Counted from the stretch's first letter, positions 7,764-17,053 are shown. The stretch: 32,000 nucleotides of DNA from Bdellovibrionales bacterium (GCA_963692945.1 OY843585.1:990001-1022000), one strand, 5' to 3'. The notes: generated by a model from the sequence alone, not told the origin. Translations and numbers: made by a program.

Positions 7764-8960
7764 ATGAAGTTAGATTCATTTTATTTTGAGGTTTATTTGA
7801 AGATAGTTATTTATTTTATAGTTTTTTGTTCTTTTTTAGCTCAAGGAGAGAAGAGTCTGGAAATGGATCAAATAAGTCTTGAGCCAGTAACAGAGATAAA
7901 TATTAATACAAGCAAACCGTTTCGTACTTTTTGGAAAACAAATTTTAAAATTAATATTTTTTCAGATCGTTCTACATCTAATTCTGTATTAAGTAATGAA
8001 ATTTATGGAAAGGTGAATTGGGATATTTCAGATAGATTGTCTTTTCACACTCAAAGTTTAATTATTGGAAGAAGTGGATTCACTCAATCTATTTATGATA
8101 GAGCAGATAGAAAGAATGGTTTTTATCTTTTGGATGGTTATTTTGATTGGGAAATCACTCCAGAAATTTTCTTTAAAATTGGAAGTATTAAACAGGATTT
8201 TTTAAAAGCTCCACTTTTTATTACTGATAAAACTTTTCCTAGTTTGGTGCAAAATCTTACGATTCCTTTTTCTGAAAACTCTAAACTTTCTTTTATATTT
8301 CAACAGTCTATTCCAGATAATGCCACTGAAACTGTAAAGCGAGAGACTCAAATTGTAAGGTGGACACCCTTATTTTTAACTTCAACGGCTTTTCTTGATT
8401 TGGATTCTATTTCTTCTTGGGATATATCTTTAGAAGAAAGATTAACAGGTTTTTATTTTACCAATTTGTCAGCAGCTGTTGCTGAATTAGGAAGAATAAG
8501 AGGAAATACAATTGATCTTACTGGTAGTGATTCTCGTTTTAAGTATAAATTTTTAGGATTACATAATAGTATCAATTTAAAAGCTACTTTATTAGAAGAT
8601 TGGGTTGTAGAGTTTGGTGGAGATATTTTATTCAATGTGCTTGCACCAGATACTTTTAATCAAGGTGAAAGGTTTTATATGGCTATCTATCATAACTATA
8701 AAAATTATGCAGAAATTAAAGCCTCTGGTGAATACTTTGCTAATCAATCTGATACTTCTGTGGCTTACTACAATAGTGAAGTTTATGGTCATAACAATAG
8801 AGTTGGAGGTTTGTTAAAATTGCAAACTCACCTTTACAATTCAGGGATTACTATAGGTATGACTTATGTTTATAGCCGACCTATTAATCCAAAACGATCT
8901 TCTATTGGAGTGTCAAATTCTTTTGCTATTTTCTTTGGGACAAATTATGTATCTATTTAA
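7764..8960 (+). CDS. Hypothetical secreted, beta-strand-rich protein (possible outer-membrane beta-barrel), 398 aa
   Basis: ATG ORF with a hydrophobic N-terminus (YLKIVIYFIVFCSFLAQ|GE). It has alternating hydrophobic/polar stretches and an aromatic-rich C-terminus (SFAIFFGTNYVSI). I recognise no family. Its 3' end overlaps the next gene by 14 nt. Confidence 0.6.
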   Translation: MKLDSFYFEVYLKIVIYFIVFCSFLAQGEKSLEMDQISLEPVTEININTSKPFRTFWKTNFKINIFSDRSTSNSVLSNEIYGKVNWDISDRLSFHTQSLIIGRSGFTQSIYDRADRKNGFYLLDGYFDWEITPEIFFKIGSIKQDFLKAPLFITDKTFPSLVQNLTIPFSENSKLSFIFQQSIPDNATETVKRETQIVRWTPLFLTSTAFLDLDSISSWDISLEERLTGFYFTNLSAAVAELGRIRGNTIDLTGSDSRFKYKFLGLHNSINLKATLLEDWVVEFGGDILFNVLAPDTFNQGERFYMAIYHNYKNYAEIKASGEYFANQSDTSVAYYNSEVYGHNNRVGGLLKLQTHLYNSGITIGMTYVYSRPINPKRSSIGVSNSFAIFFGTNYVSI

Positions 8961-11900
8961 TCAAAAAAATATAATCCTAGTTTTAAAATCTCTATTTTGT
9001 TTGACTTTGATTTCTTGTGTAGGAAAAGAGAAACAGATTCTTTCAGACACGGAATACGCTTCAAACGCTCCGTTTATTGTGGAGCAAATCACAAAAGCTG
9101 AAAATTCAGTTAAATCTATTAATTTTATTGAAAAAGATGGATTAAAAAATGCTTTTATTGTGAATCTTTCAACCTGTTTAAAAGATTCTTTTAAAAAGGA
9201 TAACTCTATACAAGAGACCCCTTTTGTTATTGAGTATGAAACCAATTTTGATAATGATGGAAAAACAGGTAAGAGAATAGAAAGAGTAGAAGTTACTTCT
9301 GATGTGAATGGTTGTATCCGATGGGAAGAAGAGTATAAATATAGATATGTTATTAAGCCCAAATGGATTGTCCTTACGAGAAGCATTAAAAAAGAAGAGG
9401 GGGGTTATTCTGGTCAAGTTGAAATTCCTTTGGCTGTAAATCCTTGGTTGAAAAGTAGTAATGAGGAGTTTCCAGAGGTTTTAGATTTAAGAAAAAATTA
9501 TTCTGAAAAATATTCTATCTTTAAGAAACTTCCTTATGAAAAAAAGGGATTAGAGTATTTATCCAGGAATGAAAGTTCAGAGTATCCTCAATTATGGGCT
9601 CCTGAGATAGGTTTACAGATTGAAACACAATTGCCAAAATTATCAGAGGAAAAACGATATCAAAATCCTAAGGAGTTATTAAAAAATTATCAATCCCTTT
9701 GCAATAGTGAACTTAAGGAAAATTGTTACAAACGGCACTTTAAACTCAACTTAACTATTCCTCTTCAATTGCGAACCTATGGGTTACAAAAAGATGTGGT
9801 GGATGAGATTGTCAAAGGAGGGTCTTATCATGTGAAATTACAATTGCTCGCTATTCCTGATATTAATAAGAAGTTTTATCGTATACATGAAAATATTTGT
9901 GCAGAAGATATTCATATTAGTAATTCAGCAGATAATAGTTATAGAGCAAAGAGCATCAATATATCTTGTGATATTCCTATCTCTTATTTTAGCCAACATG
10001 CCAATTATAAAATTGCTGTAGAAATTGATCCAAAAGTAGGTCTTCCTTTTACAAAATTTCAAGGGATTTATACAATCAATTTATCTCAAGAAATTAAAAG
10101 TGGATCTCTTTATACTTATAATATTGATAGCAGTTTAGAAAATGATTATACAAAGATTCCTGTAAAGACTCCAATTATACAAAATAGAAATATTAAATAC
10201 ATTTATGATGCTATTAACAACAATAGAAAAAAGATCTCTCGTGAAGGCGCATCTTTTTCTGAAGATAAACAATTATCTCGTTTAGGATTTCATTCCGTTC
10301 ATTTGGATGTGGAATTAAAAAAAATGACATTTGCTAATGTTGAAAATGATGAAAATTGTTCAAATAATGAATCCGTTGTAAAAAGAAGAGTTAATTTTAT
10401 TGGGAAAGCTTGTATTAAGGATGTGTTGACAGATTATAAAAACAAAGGAATAGCCTTTAGAGTTTTTATAGAAGATGAACAAAATGGACACAAAATAAGA
10501 GAAGTGTTTTCTGATACTACGAAAAGAACAATACCTAAAGCAGATGCAGAAGGGTGTATATCTTGGCCTGATTCTATAGAGCATAAAAACTTTGATAGGC
10601 AAGTTTATATGCCTAGAAAAGTACATTTTTTATCGGAAGAATTAAATTTATATGGAACTGTTGGTGTTGCAGTCACTCCTTGGCAAAGAGCCTTTCAGGC
10701 CTATCAAGATATTTCTCAATTGAGTCGTGATGAGATACGAACAGATACTAAAGGTGTTAAGAAGCCAAAATTGATTGTTAATCAGTTTAAAAGTGTTAAT
10801 TTATTTCCTTCTTATGTATTAGATAAATTTTTAAATATCCATTTATTTCATAGTTTGTATTTCTTATTTCAACCTTTTATATTAAGACATGATAATATTG
10901 CTTTAGGTAGAGAGGGTAGAGCAAGAGAGGTTTTACGAGATGGTTATTATATTTTACGAGTGCTTCTTTTAAGAAACCCTCAGGAGACTGGAGATTTTTC
11001 TCGGGTTGTAAAACCTGAAACTGTTGAGAATGTACGAAAGTCTATCTTGCTTAGAGAACATAATAAAGATAATCAGTATATAGAAGAGATTGCAAAGGGA
11101 GATATTAAAGGGCAATATATCACTCATATTGATACAGTGATTAAGGCAAAAGCCAATTTCGTTAATGTTTATGTTCCTCTTCATTTTACAAAAGAACAGT
11201 TTTTTTATTTGGCCTCAAGAAACTTGATATCTATTCAAGTTATTCCTGTTGATCCTGAAGGATTTAAATTTAAAGAATTGAATGAGCAAAGAGAAATTTG
11301 TGAAATTGATTTTGATAAAACAGAATGGAAACCATTTTTTGATCATGATCTTATTGTGAAACCGTCAGTAGGGGTTTTTCAAATTCAAAACTGGACAAAT
11401 TGGAATATTTTACAACCTATGAATGAAGAAAAATTCAATACGGACATGATTATAGATGCAGATGAAGAAGGTAAGAAATACAGACATTTTACATTATCAC
11501 AAGATTCTTCTAGTGTTGATATAAAGCCAGCAGAGATTGAGCCTAGTGTATTACAGCAAGGATATAATGATTGTGTAGGTGAGGAATCAGATGGGGAGAA
11601 ATTTAATATTGAATCTTGTCATCCTTCTAAAGTTACAGATAAGAGTGAAATTACTATTGAGGGATACTATCAAGAAAAAGTTGAGAAAATTATATTAGAA
11701 AAAGCAAAAACAGTGAAAAAAGATATTAGTTCGGAAGATCTTATAGATAGTTTTGCTGAAATAAATGCCTTAAAAGTTGTTAATTTAGGAGAAGAAAGTG
11801 GGAATAAATTTTTAAAAAATTTAAAATATTCTCATAATGAAACTTATCTTTTGGATGAGAATGGTACTATTAATTACAAAATTTTGGATTTTATTTCTAA

Positions 11901-13950
11901 TAAAAAAATAAAAAAAGAAATGGAACAAAAAATTGAGAAAGATTGTGAGATGTCATCTCTAACATCTTTTCTTTTAAAATACATGATCACTGAAGCTTTA
12001 AAAACCTGTATGAGTGAATCTATAGAGGGTTACCTTGTTGATTGGATAAATCAGCAAAGTGAAGATAAAGATGTCCAGCATGAAAAATTTAGAGATTTTC
12101 TAGATGAACAAGTCAGTGATTCTGAAATTACACATACATTCAAATGGATTATGCAGAAGCAGGAATTGCCTAATGCATTATCTTCTTTGTTATTAGATAG
12201 AGTCTCTCTCTCTTTAGAAACCGTTATTGATAAAGGTGTTACTGATAAATATCAAAAAGAGATAGAAACCTTAACTTTTGGAAAATCTTTATGTGGATTT
12301 TGGTTTAAATCTTTTTTTGAAAAATATTTAACATCTCAACAAATGAGAACAGTTTATACAGATTATATTAAAAAATTTGATTATTATAAAGTTTTAGAAA
12401 ATGAGAGTTTACTTGATACTGAAAAAGGTGATTTTCTTATTAGTTTTATGAAAATGCTTTCTGATGGAGAGACGATGGGGGAAAGAGATCTAAAAAAATG
12501 TCATCTCAATTATAGTCAATGTGTTTTTTTAGATCATTGTAAGTTAAGGGATCATACTCGTCATTCAAAATCTTATTGTAATAAAGTCTCAGGGTTAGAA
12601 GATTTAAGTTGTTTAAAAGTTGTAAAAGAAGAATGTAAAAAAAATCCATCCACTTCTATTTGTCAAAAAAATATAGAACCTAACAGGTGTCATTACTCTT
12701 TAAATCATTTTTGTGGAATCAATTCCAGTCATAGTATGTGTCAGAGATACTACTCAAGATGTTTAACAGAATATTATTCTTGTACAGATATTCCTACAAT
12801 TAGAAAAGATTTTGAAAAATCTAAAAATGAGATAGAGTTATTTCGTATGCAACCTAGTCAATCTTTATTGGATGCCTATTTTGATTTTAAATTTTATAAG
12901 TCTAAAAATGTTAAATCTCCTCTATTAGAGAGTTGTTTAGAAAATCCATTTCGTTTTTTTCAATTAGAATCTAAAATGTTCATTGAGAAAATATCTGATG
13001 ATTCAGCTACTTATGTGGGAGGGTTTTCAGGGAATCTTGTGGTGAGTGGAAGTTTTTCTACAGGTTCCTATATGAATTGGACTTCCCAAAGAGGCTCTTC
13101 TTTAGGTTTGAAACATGGGACGAGTCTTGGTTTTGGATTACTTGGTTCAAATATTACAGCCATGGAAGTGAGTCTTTCTAAAAATGTTTCTTCTAATATC
13201 TCTAATAGTGGTCGTAGAGCTATAGATATAAGGGTTGGTGAAGGAGCTTTTTTAGTTATTTCTAGAGCCACATTTGATATTAATGTTACTAAATTTAAAA
13301 AATGTTTAGTTATAAAACCAAATCCACAGGCTTTTTTTGGTAAACTTGTAGATGGAATATGGGAACCTTTTGACGATGATGTTTGGAATGATGATTTTAC
13401 AAGAAACTCTTATAAAAAAATTCTTATATCTCGTCCAGGATTGATGATTTGTAGTCCAAAAAAAGAGCTGGATGAGAGTGATCCTGAAACAATAAGAGAA
13501 AATTACTATTACATTTCTCAATCTATGGTTGATCCTAGTAACTCTCAATTTTTGAATTTATATGATTTAGCAAATAGACCTTTTATGGCTGTTTTAAGAG
13601 GGCGAAGAGAGTTTCTGAATTTCTTTAATGGAATGAAAATAGTTATGGAAGGAAAGTCAGGAGATGTTGATAAAAATGCTCTTCATAATACTTTACCATC
13701 TAATATGTTTGGTGAATATCCTCATCCTGTTGAAGAAGCTTTATCTTTGAGTCTTGCTAGAAGAGAGTTTGGAAAGACAGGATTTTATCCAGGAGTTTTT
13801 ACTTATGCTTACTCTAGAGACAATTTCAATCGTGAGTTAACAAAAGATAGTGCTTGGATGAGTAAATTGTTTAAATCCTATGAAAGTATCAATTATGGAT
13901 TACCTTTAGTTACACCTTCTGAAAATAAAATACCTACAATTTCTTATTGA
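8947..13950 (+). CDS. Giant lipoprotein of unknown function (1667 aa from ATG 8947)
   Basis: Uninterrupted 5-kb frame. The internal ATG at 8947 gives MYLFNQKNIILVLKSLFCLTLISCVGKEKQ, a signal peptide with lipobox L-I-S-C. The track start at 8866 would lie inside the upstream gene. It contains a 12-Cys cluster (CHLNYSQCVFLDHC...YYSC, about 12490-12790). No recognisable domain. Confidence 0.75.
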   Translation: MYLFNQKNIILVLKSLFCLTLISCVGKEKQILSDTEYASNAPFIVEQITKAENSVKSINFIEKDGLKNAFIVNLSTCLKDSFKKDNSIQETPFVIEYETNFDNDGKTGKRIERVEVTSDVNGCIRWEEEYKYRYVIKPKWIVLTRSIKKEEGGYSGQVEIPLAVNPWLKSSNEEFPEVLDLRKNYSEKYSIFKKLPYEKKGLEYLSRNESSEYPQLWAPEIGLQIETQLPKLSEEKRYQNPKELLKNYQSLCNSELKENCYKRHFKLNLTIPLQLRTYGLQKDVVDEIVKGGSYHVKLQLLAIPDINKKFYRIHENICAEDIHISNSADNSYRAKSINISCDIPISYFSQHANYKIAVEIDPKVGLPFTKFQGIYTINLSQEIKSGSLYTYNIDSSLENDYTKIPVKTPIIQNRNIKYIYDAINNNRKKISREGASFSEDKQLSRLGFHSVHLDVELKKMTFANVENDENCSNNESVVKRRVNFIGKACIKDVLTDYKNKGIAFRVFIEDEQNGHKIREVFSDTTKRTIPKADAEGCISWPDSIEHKNFDRQVYMPRKVHFLSEELNLYGTVGVAVTPWQRAFQAYQDISQLSRDEIRTDTKGVKKPKLIVNQFKSVNLFPSYVLDKFLNIHLFHSLYFLFQPFILRHDNIALGREGRAREVLRDGYYILRVLLLRNPQETGDFSRVVKPETVENVRKSILLREHNKDNQYIEEIAKGDIKGQYITHIDTVIKAKANFVNVYVPLHFTKEQFFYLASRNLISIQVIPVDPEGFKFKELNEQREICEIDFDKTEWKPFFDHDLIVKPSVGVFQIQNWTNWNILQPMNEEKFNTDMIIDADEEGKKYRHFTLSQDSSSVDIKPAEIEPSVLQQGYNDCVGEESDGEKFNIESCHPSKVTDKSEITIEGYYQEKVEKIILEKAKTVKKDISSEDLIDSFAEINALKVVNLGEESGNKFLKNLKYSHNETYLLDENGTINYKILDFISNKKIKKEMEQKIEKDCEMSSLTSFLLKYMITEALKTCMSESIEGYLVDWINQQSEDKDVQHEKFRDFLDEQVSDSEITHTFKWIMQKQELPNALSSLLLDRVSLSLETVIDKGVTDKYQKEIETLTFGKSLCGFWFKSFFEKYLTSQQMRTVYTDYIKKFDYYKVLENESLLDTEKGDFLISFMKMLSDGETMGERDLKKCHLNYSQCVFLDHCKLRDHTRHSKSYCNKVSGLEDLSCLKVVKEECKKNPSTSICQKNIEPNRCHYSLNHFCGINSSHSMCQRYYSRCLTEYYSCTDIPTIRKDFEKSKNEIELFRMQPSQSLLDAYFDFKFYKSKNVKSPLLESCLENPFRFFQLESKMFIEKISDDSATYVGGFSGNLVVSGSFSTGSYMNWTSQRGSSLGLKHGTSLGFGLLGSNITAMEVSLSKNVSSNISNSGRRAIDIRVGEGAFLVISRATFDINVTKFKKCLVIKPNPQAFFGKLVDGIWEPFDDDVWNDDFTRNSYKKILISRPGLMICSPKKELDESDPETIRENYYYISQSMVDPSNSQFLNLYDLANRPFMAVLRGRREFLNFFNGMKIVMEGKSGDVDKNALHNTLPSNMFGEYPHPVEEALSLSLARREFGKTGFYPGVFTYAYSRDNFNRELTKDSAWMSKLFKSYESINYGLPLVTPSENKIPTISY

Positions 13951-14052
13951 TTTTTTTGCTCTATAATTTTTACAAATAATCAGGAAAAATTTAAATTATA
14001 AAATACTTTAAATGATTCTTTTAAATCCTTGAAATAATTATTTTTTTTAAGA

Positions 14053-14481
14053 TTATTTTTTATTCAAATAATTGTCTAAGCTGTATTTTCCACCACCAGC
14101 ACATACAAAAAAGAGATAAACGACAGCATACAAAATAGCTAATTCTTTTTTTGCAAAGGGATCTGGTCCATGAGTGATAAAGGCAGCCACCAACATTGTT
14201 ATAAGGATGGTTACAGAAGCCCATCTTGTTAAGAGGCCAATGGCTACAAACAAGGCAGCAAAAAATTCTGAACCAACCACAAGTAGGAGGCTTAAGGTGG
14301 AACCGAGTCCTAAAGGATCTACAAAATTAGGAGCTATATCATTGAAACCTATGAGTTTCCCAAAACCATGTCTTAACATTAAAAGAGCAGCAAGAACTCT
14401 AAAAATAAGCCATCCTCCGTCTTTGAGTTTTTTCTCCCAATGATTTCCTAAATTTATTCCAAGTAAGAGTTTTTTATTCAT
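14053..14481 (-). CDS. DoxX family membrane protein
   Basis: 142 aa with four hydrophobic helices. The pattern LMLRHGFGKL...GSEFFAALFVAIGLLTRWASV...MLVAAFITHG...AGGGKYSLD is typical of DoxX. Confidence 0.8.
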   Translation of the reverse strand: MNKKLLLGINLGNHWEKKLKDGGWLIFRVLAALLMLRHGFGKLIGFNDIAPNFVDPLGLGSTLSLLLVVGSEFFAALFVAIGLLTRWASVTILITMLVAAFITHGPDPFAKKELAILYAVVYLFFVCAGGGKYSLDNYLNKK

Positions 14482-14813
14482 AATCCCTCCTTTTTTGTAG
14501 GATTTTATTTTTGAATAATAATAGTGTTTTTATTGTAGGAAATAGTTTTTCTATTTGTCTAAAAAAAACTATGGAGCAATATGTCTTTTATGAAAAAAGC
14601 ATAGCACAGGACTTATTTTAGAGAAAACACGATAAATAGAGGATTTTAAGTTAGCCTATATGAAAAAGACTGAAATAACAGAAGAGATTTGACTTTAGGA
14701 GCAGGGAATACAGGGCATAAAATCTGTGTAAGATTTTATGTGATAGAAGTAAGGACTTTATTTGCCAAGATGTATTAAGTTAGTTTAAAAGCATATTAGT
14801 TTAAGCATTTTAT

Positions 14814-14871
14814 GCGGGTGTAGCTCAGCTGGCTAGAGCGCAACCTTCCCAAGCTTGAGTTGTGGGTTCGA
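14814..14871 (+). pseudogene. Truncated tRNA-Gly-like remnant (anticodon position CCC)
   Basis: gcgggtgtagctcagctggctagagcgcaaccttcccaagcttgagttgtgggttcga matches the first ~59 nt of the intact tRNA. There is a C-C mismatch in the anticodon stem. The 3' T-stem and acceptor strand are replaced by unrelated sequence. Confidence 0.75.
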
Positions 14872-15027
14872 TTTTTGTGTTCAAGTTGTCCCTGTGTAGC
14901 CTGCGACTTTAGGAGCAGGGAATACAGGGCATAAAATCTGTGTAAGATTTTATGTGATAGAAGTAAGGACTTTATTTGCCAAGATGTATTAAGTTAGTTT
15001 AAAAGCATATTAGTTTAATTATTTTAT

Positions 15028-15085
15028 GCGGGTGTAGCTCAGCTGGCTAGAGCGCAACCTTGCCAAGCTTGAGTTGTGGGTTCGA
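15028..15085 (+). pseudogene. Truncated tRNA-Gly-like remnant (anticodon position GCC)
   Basis: Same as the 14814 copy but with ttgccaa in the anticodon loop. The 3' T-stem and acceptor strand are missing. Confidence 0.75.
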
Positions 15086-15241
15086 TTTTTATGTTCAAGT
15101 GTTCCCTGTGTGGCCTGCGACTTTAGGAGCAGGGAATACAGGGCATAAAATCTGTGTAAGATTTTATGTGATAGAAGTAAGGACTTTATTTGCCAAGATG
15201 TATTAAGTTAGTTTAAAAGCATATTAGTTTAATTATTTTAT

Positions 15242-15299
15242 GCGGGTGTAGCTCAGCTGGCTAGAGCGCAACCTTGCCAAGCTTGAGTTGTGGGTTCGA
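15242..15299 (+). pseudogene. Truncated tRNA-Gly-like remnant (anticodon position GCC)
   Basis: Same as the 15028 copy. The 3' T-stem and acceptor strand are missing. Confidence 0.75.
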
Positions 15300-15453
15300 T
15301 TTTTGCGTTAAAGTTCCCTGTGTTGGCTGCGACTTTAGGAGCAGGGAATACAGGGCATAAAATCTGTGTAAGATTTTATGTGATAGAAGTAAGGACTTTA
15401 TTTGCCAAGATGTATTAAGTTAGTTTAAAAGCATATTAGTTTAATTATTTTAT

Positions 15454-15530
15454 GCGGGTGTAGCTCAGCTGGCTAGAGCGCAACCTTGCCAAGGTTGAGG
15501 TCGTGGGTTCGAATCCCATCACCCGCTCCA
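15454..15530 (+). tRNA. tRNA-Gly (anticodon GCC), CCA encoded
   Basis: Hand-folded cloverleaf: acceptor GCGGGTG/CACCCGC, D arm GCTC-AGCTGGCTA-GAGC, anticodon arm CAACC-TTGCCAA-GGTTG, T arm GTGGG-TTCGAAT-CCCAT, discriminator T, CCA. Confidence 0.95.
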
Positions 15531-15548
15531 TTTTGAGCAATAGATTTT

Positions 15549-15569
15549 TGATAGGAGCATTTCCTATCA
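15549..15569. terminator. Hairpin between tRNA-Gly and the convergent DarT-macro gene (weak terminator candidate)
   Basis: tgatagga-gcatt-tcctatca forms an 8-bp stem. Only a short T-run (atttc) follows on the + strand. Confidence 0.35.
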
Positions 15570-15624
15570 TTTCAAAATAAATTGCTTCTTAAATAACCAT
15601 CATCTCTAAAAAATTAATCTGATG

Positions 15625-16797
15625 CTATGTTGTTTTTAATAGAAACTCTGAACTCAAATGCTCTTCTTGAATCTGATATTCATTAGGTAAGTAAACATAG
15701 CTTTGTATATCCATCTTATCAAGGTGTTGGCACATTAAAGGACCTACATCTTTCCAGTGTAATTTTCCTAAGCCACATCCTAACGCTGGAAGAGCTATGG
15801 ATTCAATTTTTTTATCTTTATAATTATCTACTAGCCACTGTAATCCTTTTTTAATTCCGTCAATAGGAGAGGATTCTTTCCAGTGATTTTTTGTAGGAAA
15901 TAAAAGAAACCAACGGTGGCCATTTTCTGTAATAGTTGCATTTGAATTCTCCATAAGTGTCATTTCAAAATTTTCATTTCTTTTATAAAGAACAGGTGTT
16001 CCCATTTTTAATGTTTTATTTCTGCACAAATCTTGATAATGAACATAGACATCAGGAAATTGATATTTTGATCTCGAAGCTAAGCCTTTCCCCATAACAC
16101 CAACCGTATTAACACTAATGGTAAATGTTTGCATATCAGAAAAAAACATATCTCCTTTTACCAAAGTAATGTTTTTTGAAATTTTCTTTTGATAATCAGG
16201 AAGAAAAAACATTCTGGGGGAGGGGATAACATTTATAGGACCTATAAACTCTTTTTTAATTTCTTTTGATATTTTATCATTGGCAGTATAAATCGCTACA
16301 ATATATTCTTTTGGTATTTTTTCTGGCACTAAAAGTTCAGCCATAATTTTTCGTTTAGAATCGTCTGAATTATTCCAGTAATCTTTTTGAAATTGATCTT
16401 TGGTTATTTTTTGTAATCCATTATCTATATCTTCAAAAAATTCTGTGTCTGAAGATGCAGCATTTCCATCTGTAATGCCAGCATTTTCTATTTCAATGAT
16501 TTTAGGATCAACTTGTATAACAATAATATTTTCTTCTTTGTGTTTTCGAATCACAGAATATAACATAGGGTTTCTGACTTCAAAGTAAAGATTAGCATAA
16601 TTCCATAAAGATCGTTCTCTAAATTTTTTATTTTTTCTTATTTTAATGATGTCTTTGTTGTGAATGGATTCAAATTTGATTTTTTTAAAAAAATTGAATA
16701 TACTAGCTTTTTGAGATCGTGCAAATATACCATTTTCTAAAATAGATTTCAGATTTTTTCTGTGTGTAATATAATAAAATTGTTTTGGCCTTTTCAT
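15625..16797 (-). CDS. Fused DarT-like ADP-ribosyltransferase (DUF4433) and DarG/TARG1-like macrodomain, single 390-aa polypeptide
   Basis: The N-terminal half has DarT hallmarks from memory: FYYITHRKNLKSIL (YHITH..NL), LWNYANLYFEVRNPMLYSV (DYVPFYF.PRSPMLY), DYWNN...KRKIMAELLV (catalytic-Glu motif QAEFLV). The C-terminal half is a macrodomain: VNTVGVMGKGLA, FPTKNHWKESS (the TK..HW motif of DarG/TARG1), ALPALGCGLG. Confidence 0.85.
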   Translation of the reverse strand: MKRPKQFYYITHRKNLKSILENGIFARSQKASIFNFFKKIKFESIHNKDIIKIRKNKKFRERSLWNYANLYFEVRNPMLYSVIRKHKEENIIVIQVDPKIIEIENAGITDGNAASSDTEFFEDIDNGLQKITKDQFQKDYWNNSDDSKRKIMAELLVPEKIPKEYIVAIYTANDKISKEIKKEFIGPINVIPSPRMFFLPDYQKKISKNITLVKGDMFFSDMQTFTISVNTVGVMGKGLASRSKYQFPDVYVHYQDLCRNKTLKMGTPVLYKRNENFEMTLMENSNATITENGHRWFLLFPTKNHWKESSPIDGIKKGLQWLVDNYKDKKIESIALPALGCGLGKLHWKDVGPLMCQHLDKMDIQSYVYLPNEYQIQEEHLSSEFLLKTT

Positions 16798-17053
16798 GAT
16801 ATCAATGCTCTTTAATAATTAATGTAATATGTTTTTTTATGCAACCATTCCAAAACCGAATACCCTTTATAAAGCTCTTCTATGGCTAAATCCTCATAAA
16901 ATTTCACCATAGAAGCTGTAGGCTTAGGAAACTCAGCATCTTCAATATTATCAATAATATTCCCTTTTCAATGAAGCAAAATGAACTATGGGGCATTGCA
17001 TAAAAATAAAAAAAAACCTAATGTTTTCAATGCTTATAAGGGAAAAAGGTTCA

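Larger units (their letters stand above)
14691..15530 (+). repeat. Tandem repeat of four units (214, 214, 212 bp, then the final unit), each holding two hairpins and a tRNA-Gly 5' portion
   Basis: Units start with gactttaggagcagggaatacagggc at 14691, 14905, 15119 and 15331, and are near-identical by eye. Each has a perfect 10-bp inverted repeat cataaaatct-gtgta-agattttatg (for example 14930-14954). Each junction has a nested hairpin ccctgt..cctgc..gcagg..acaggg (for example 14890-14929). Confidence 0.9.

Noticed and set aside
8866-8946. Track start at 8866 for the giant ORF (MFIADLLIQNDLL...).
   Set aside because: It would overlap the upstream gene by 95 nt. ATG 8947 yields a canonical lipoprotein signal peptide, so the upstream extension is probably not translated.
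8453-13548. Short ORFs inside or antisense to the 398-aa and giant genes (8453..8635 -, 8614..8817 +, 8961..9386 -, 9178..9417 -, 10360..10626 -, 10969..11184 -, 13068..13271 -, 13306..13548 -).
   Set aside because: They lie wholly within long, well-supported ORFs. Their products are low-complexity and AT-driven, and they have no RBS.
14814-15299. Four functional tRNA-Gly genes in tandem.
   Set aside because: Only the last copy folds. Copies 1-3 lack the 3' T-stem and acceptor strand and have an anticodon-stem mismatch.
16812-16967. Small frame just upstream of the DarT-macro gene on the - strand (KGNIIDNIEDAEFPKPTASMVKFYEDLAIEELYKGYSVLEWLHKKTYYINY; 32 aa from its only ATG at 16910), considered as a separate antitoxin or partner.
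   Set aside because: It is too short, has no RBS and no recognisable family, and is bounded by an in-frame TGA. It is more likely a gene remnant, and I cannot support it from sequence alone.
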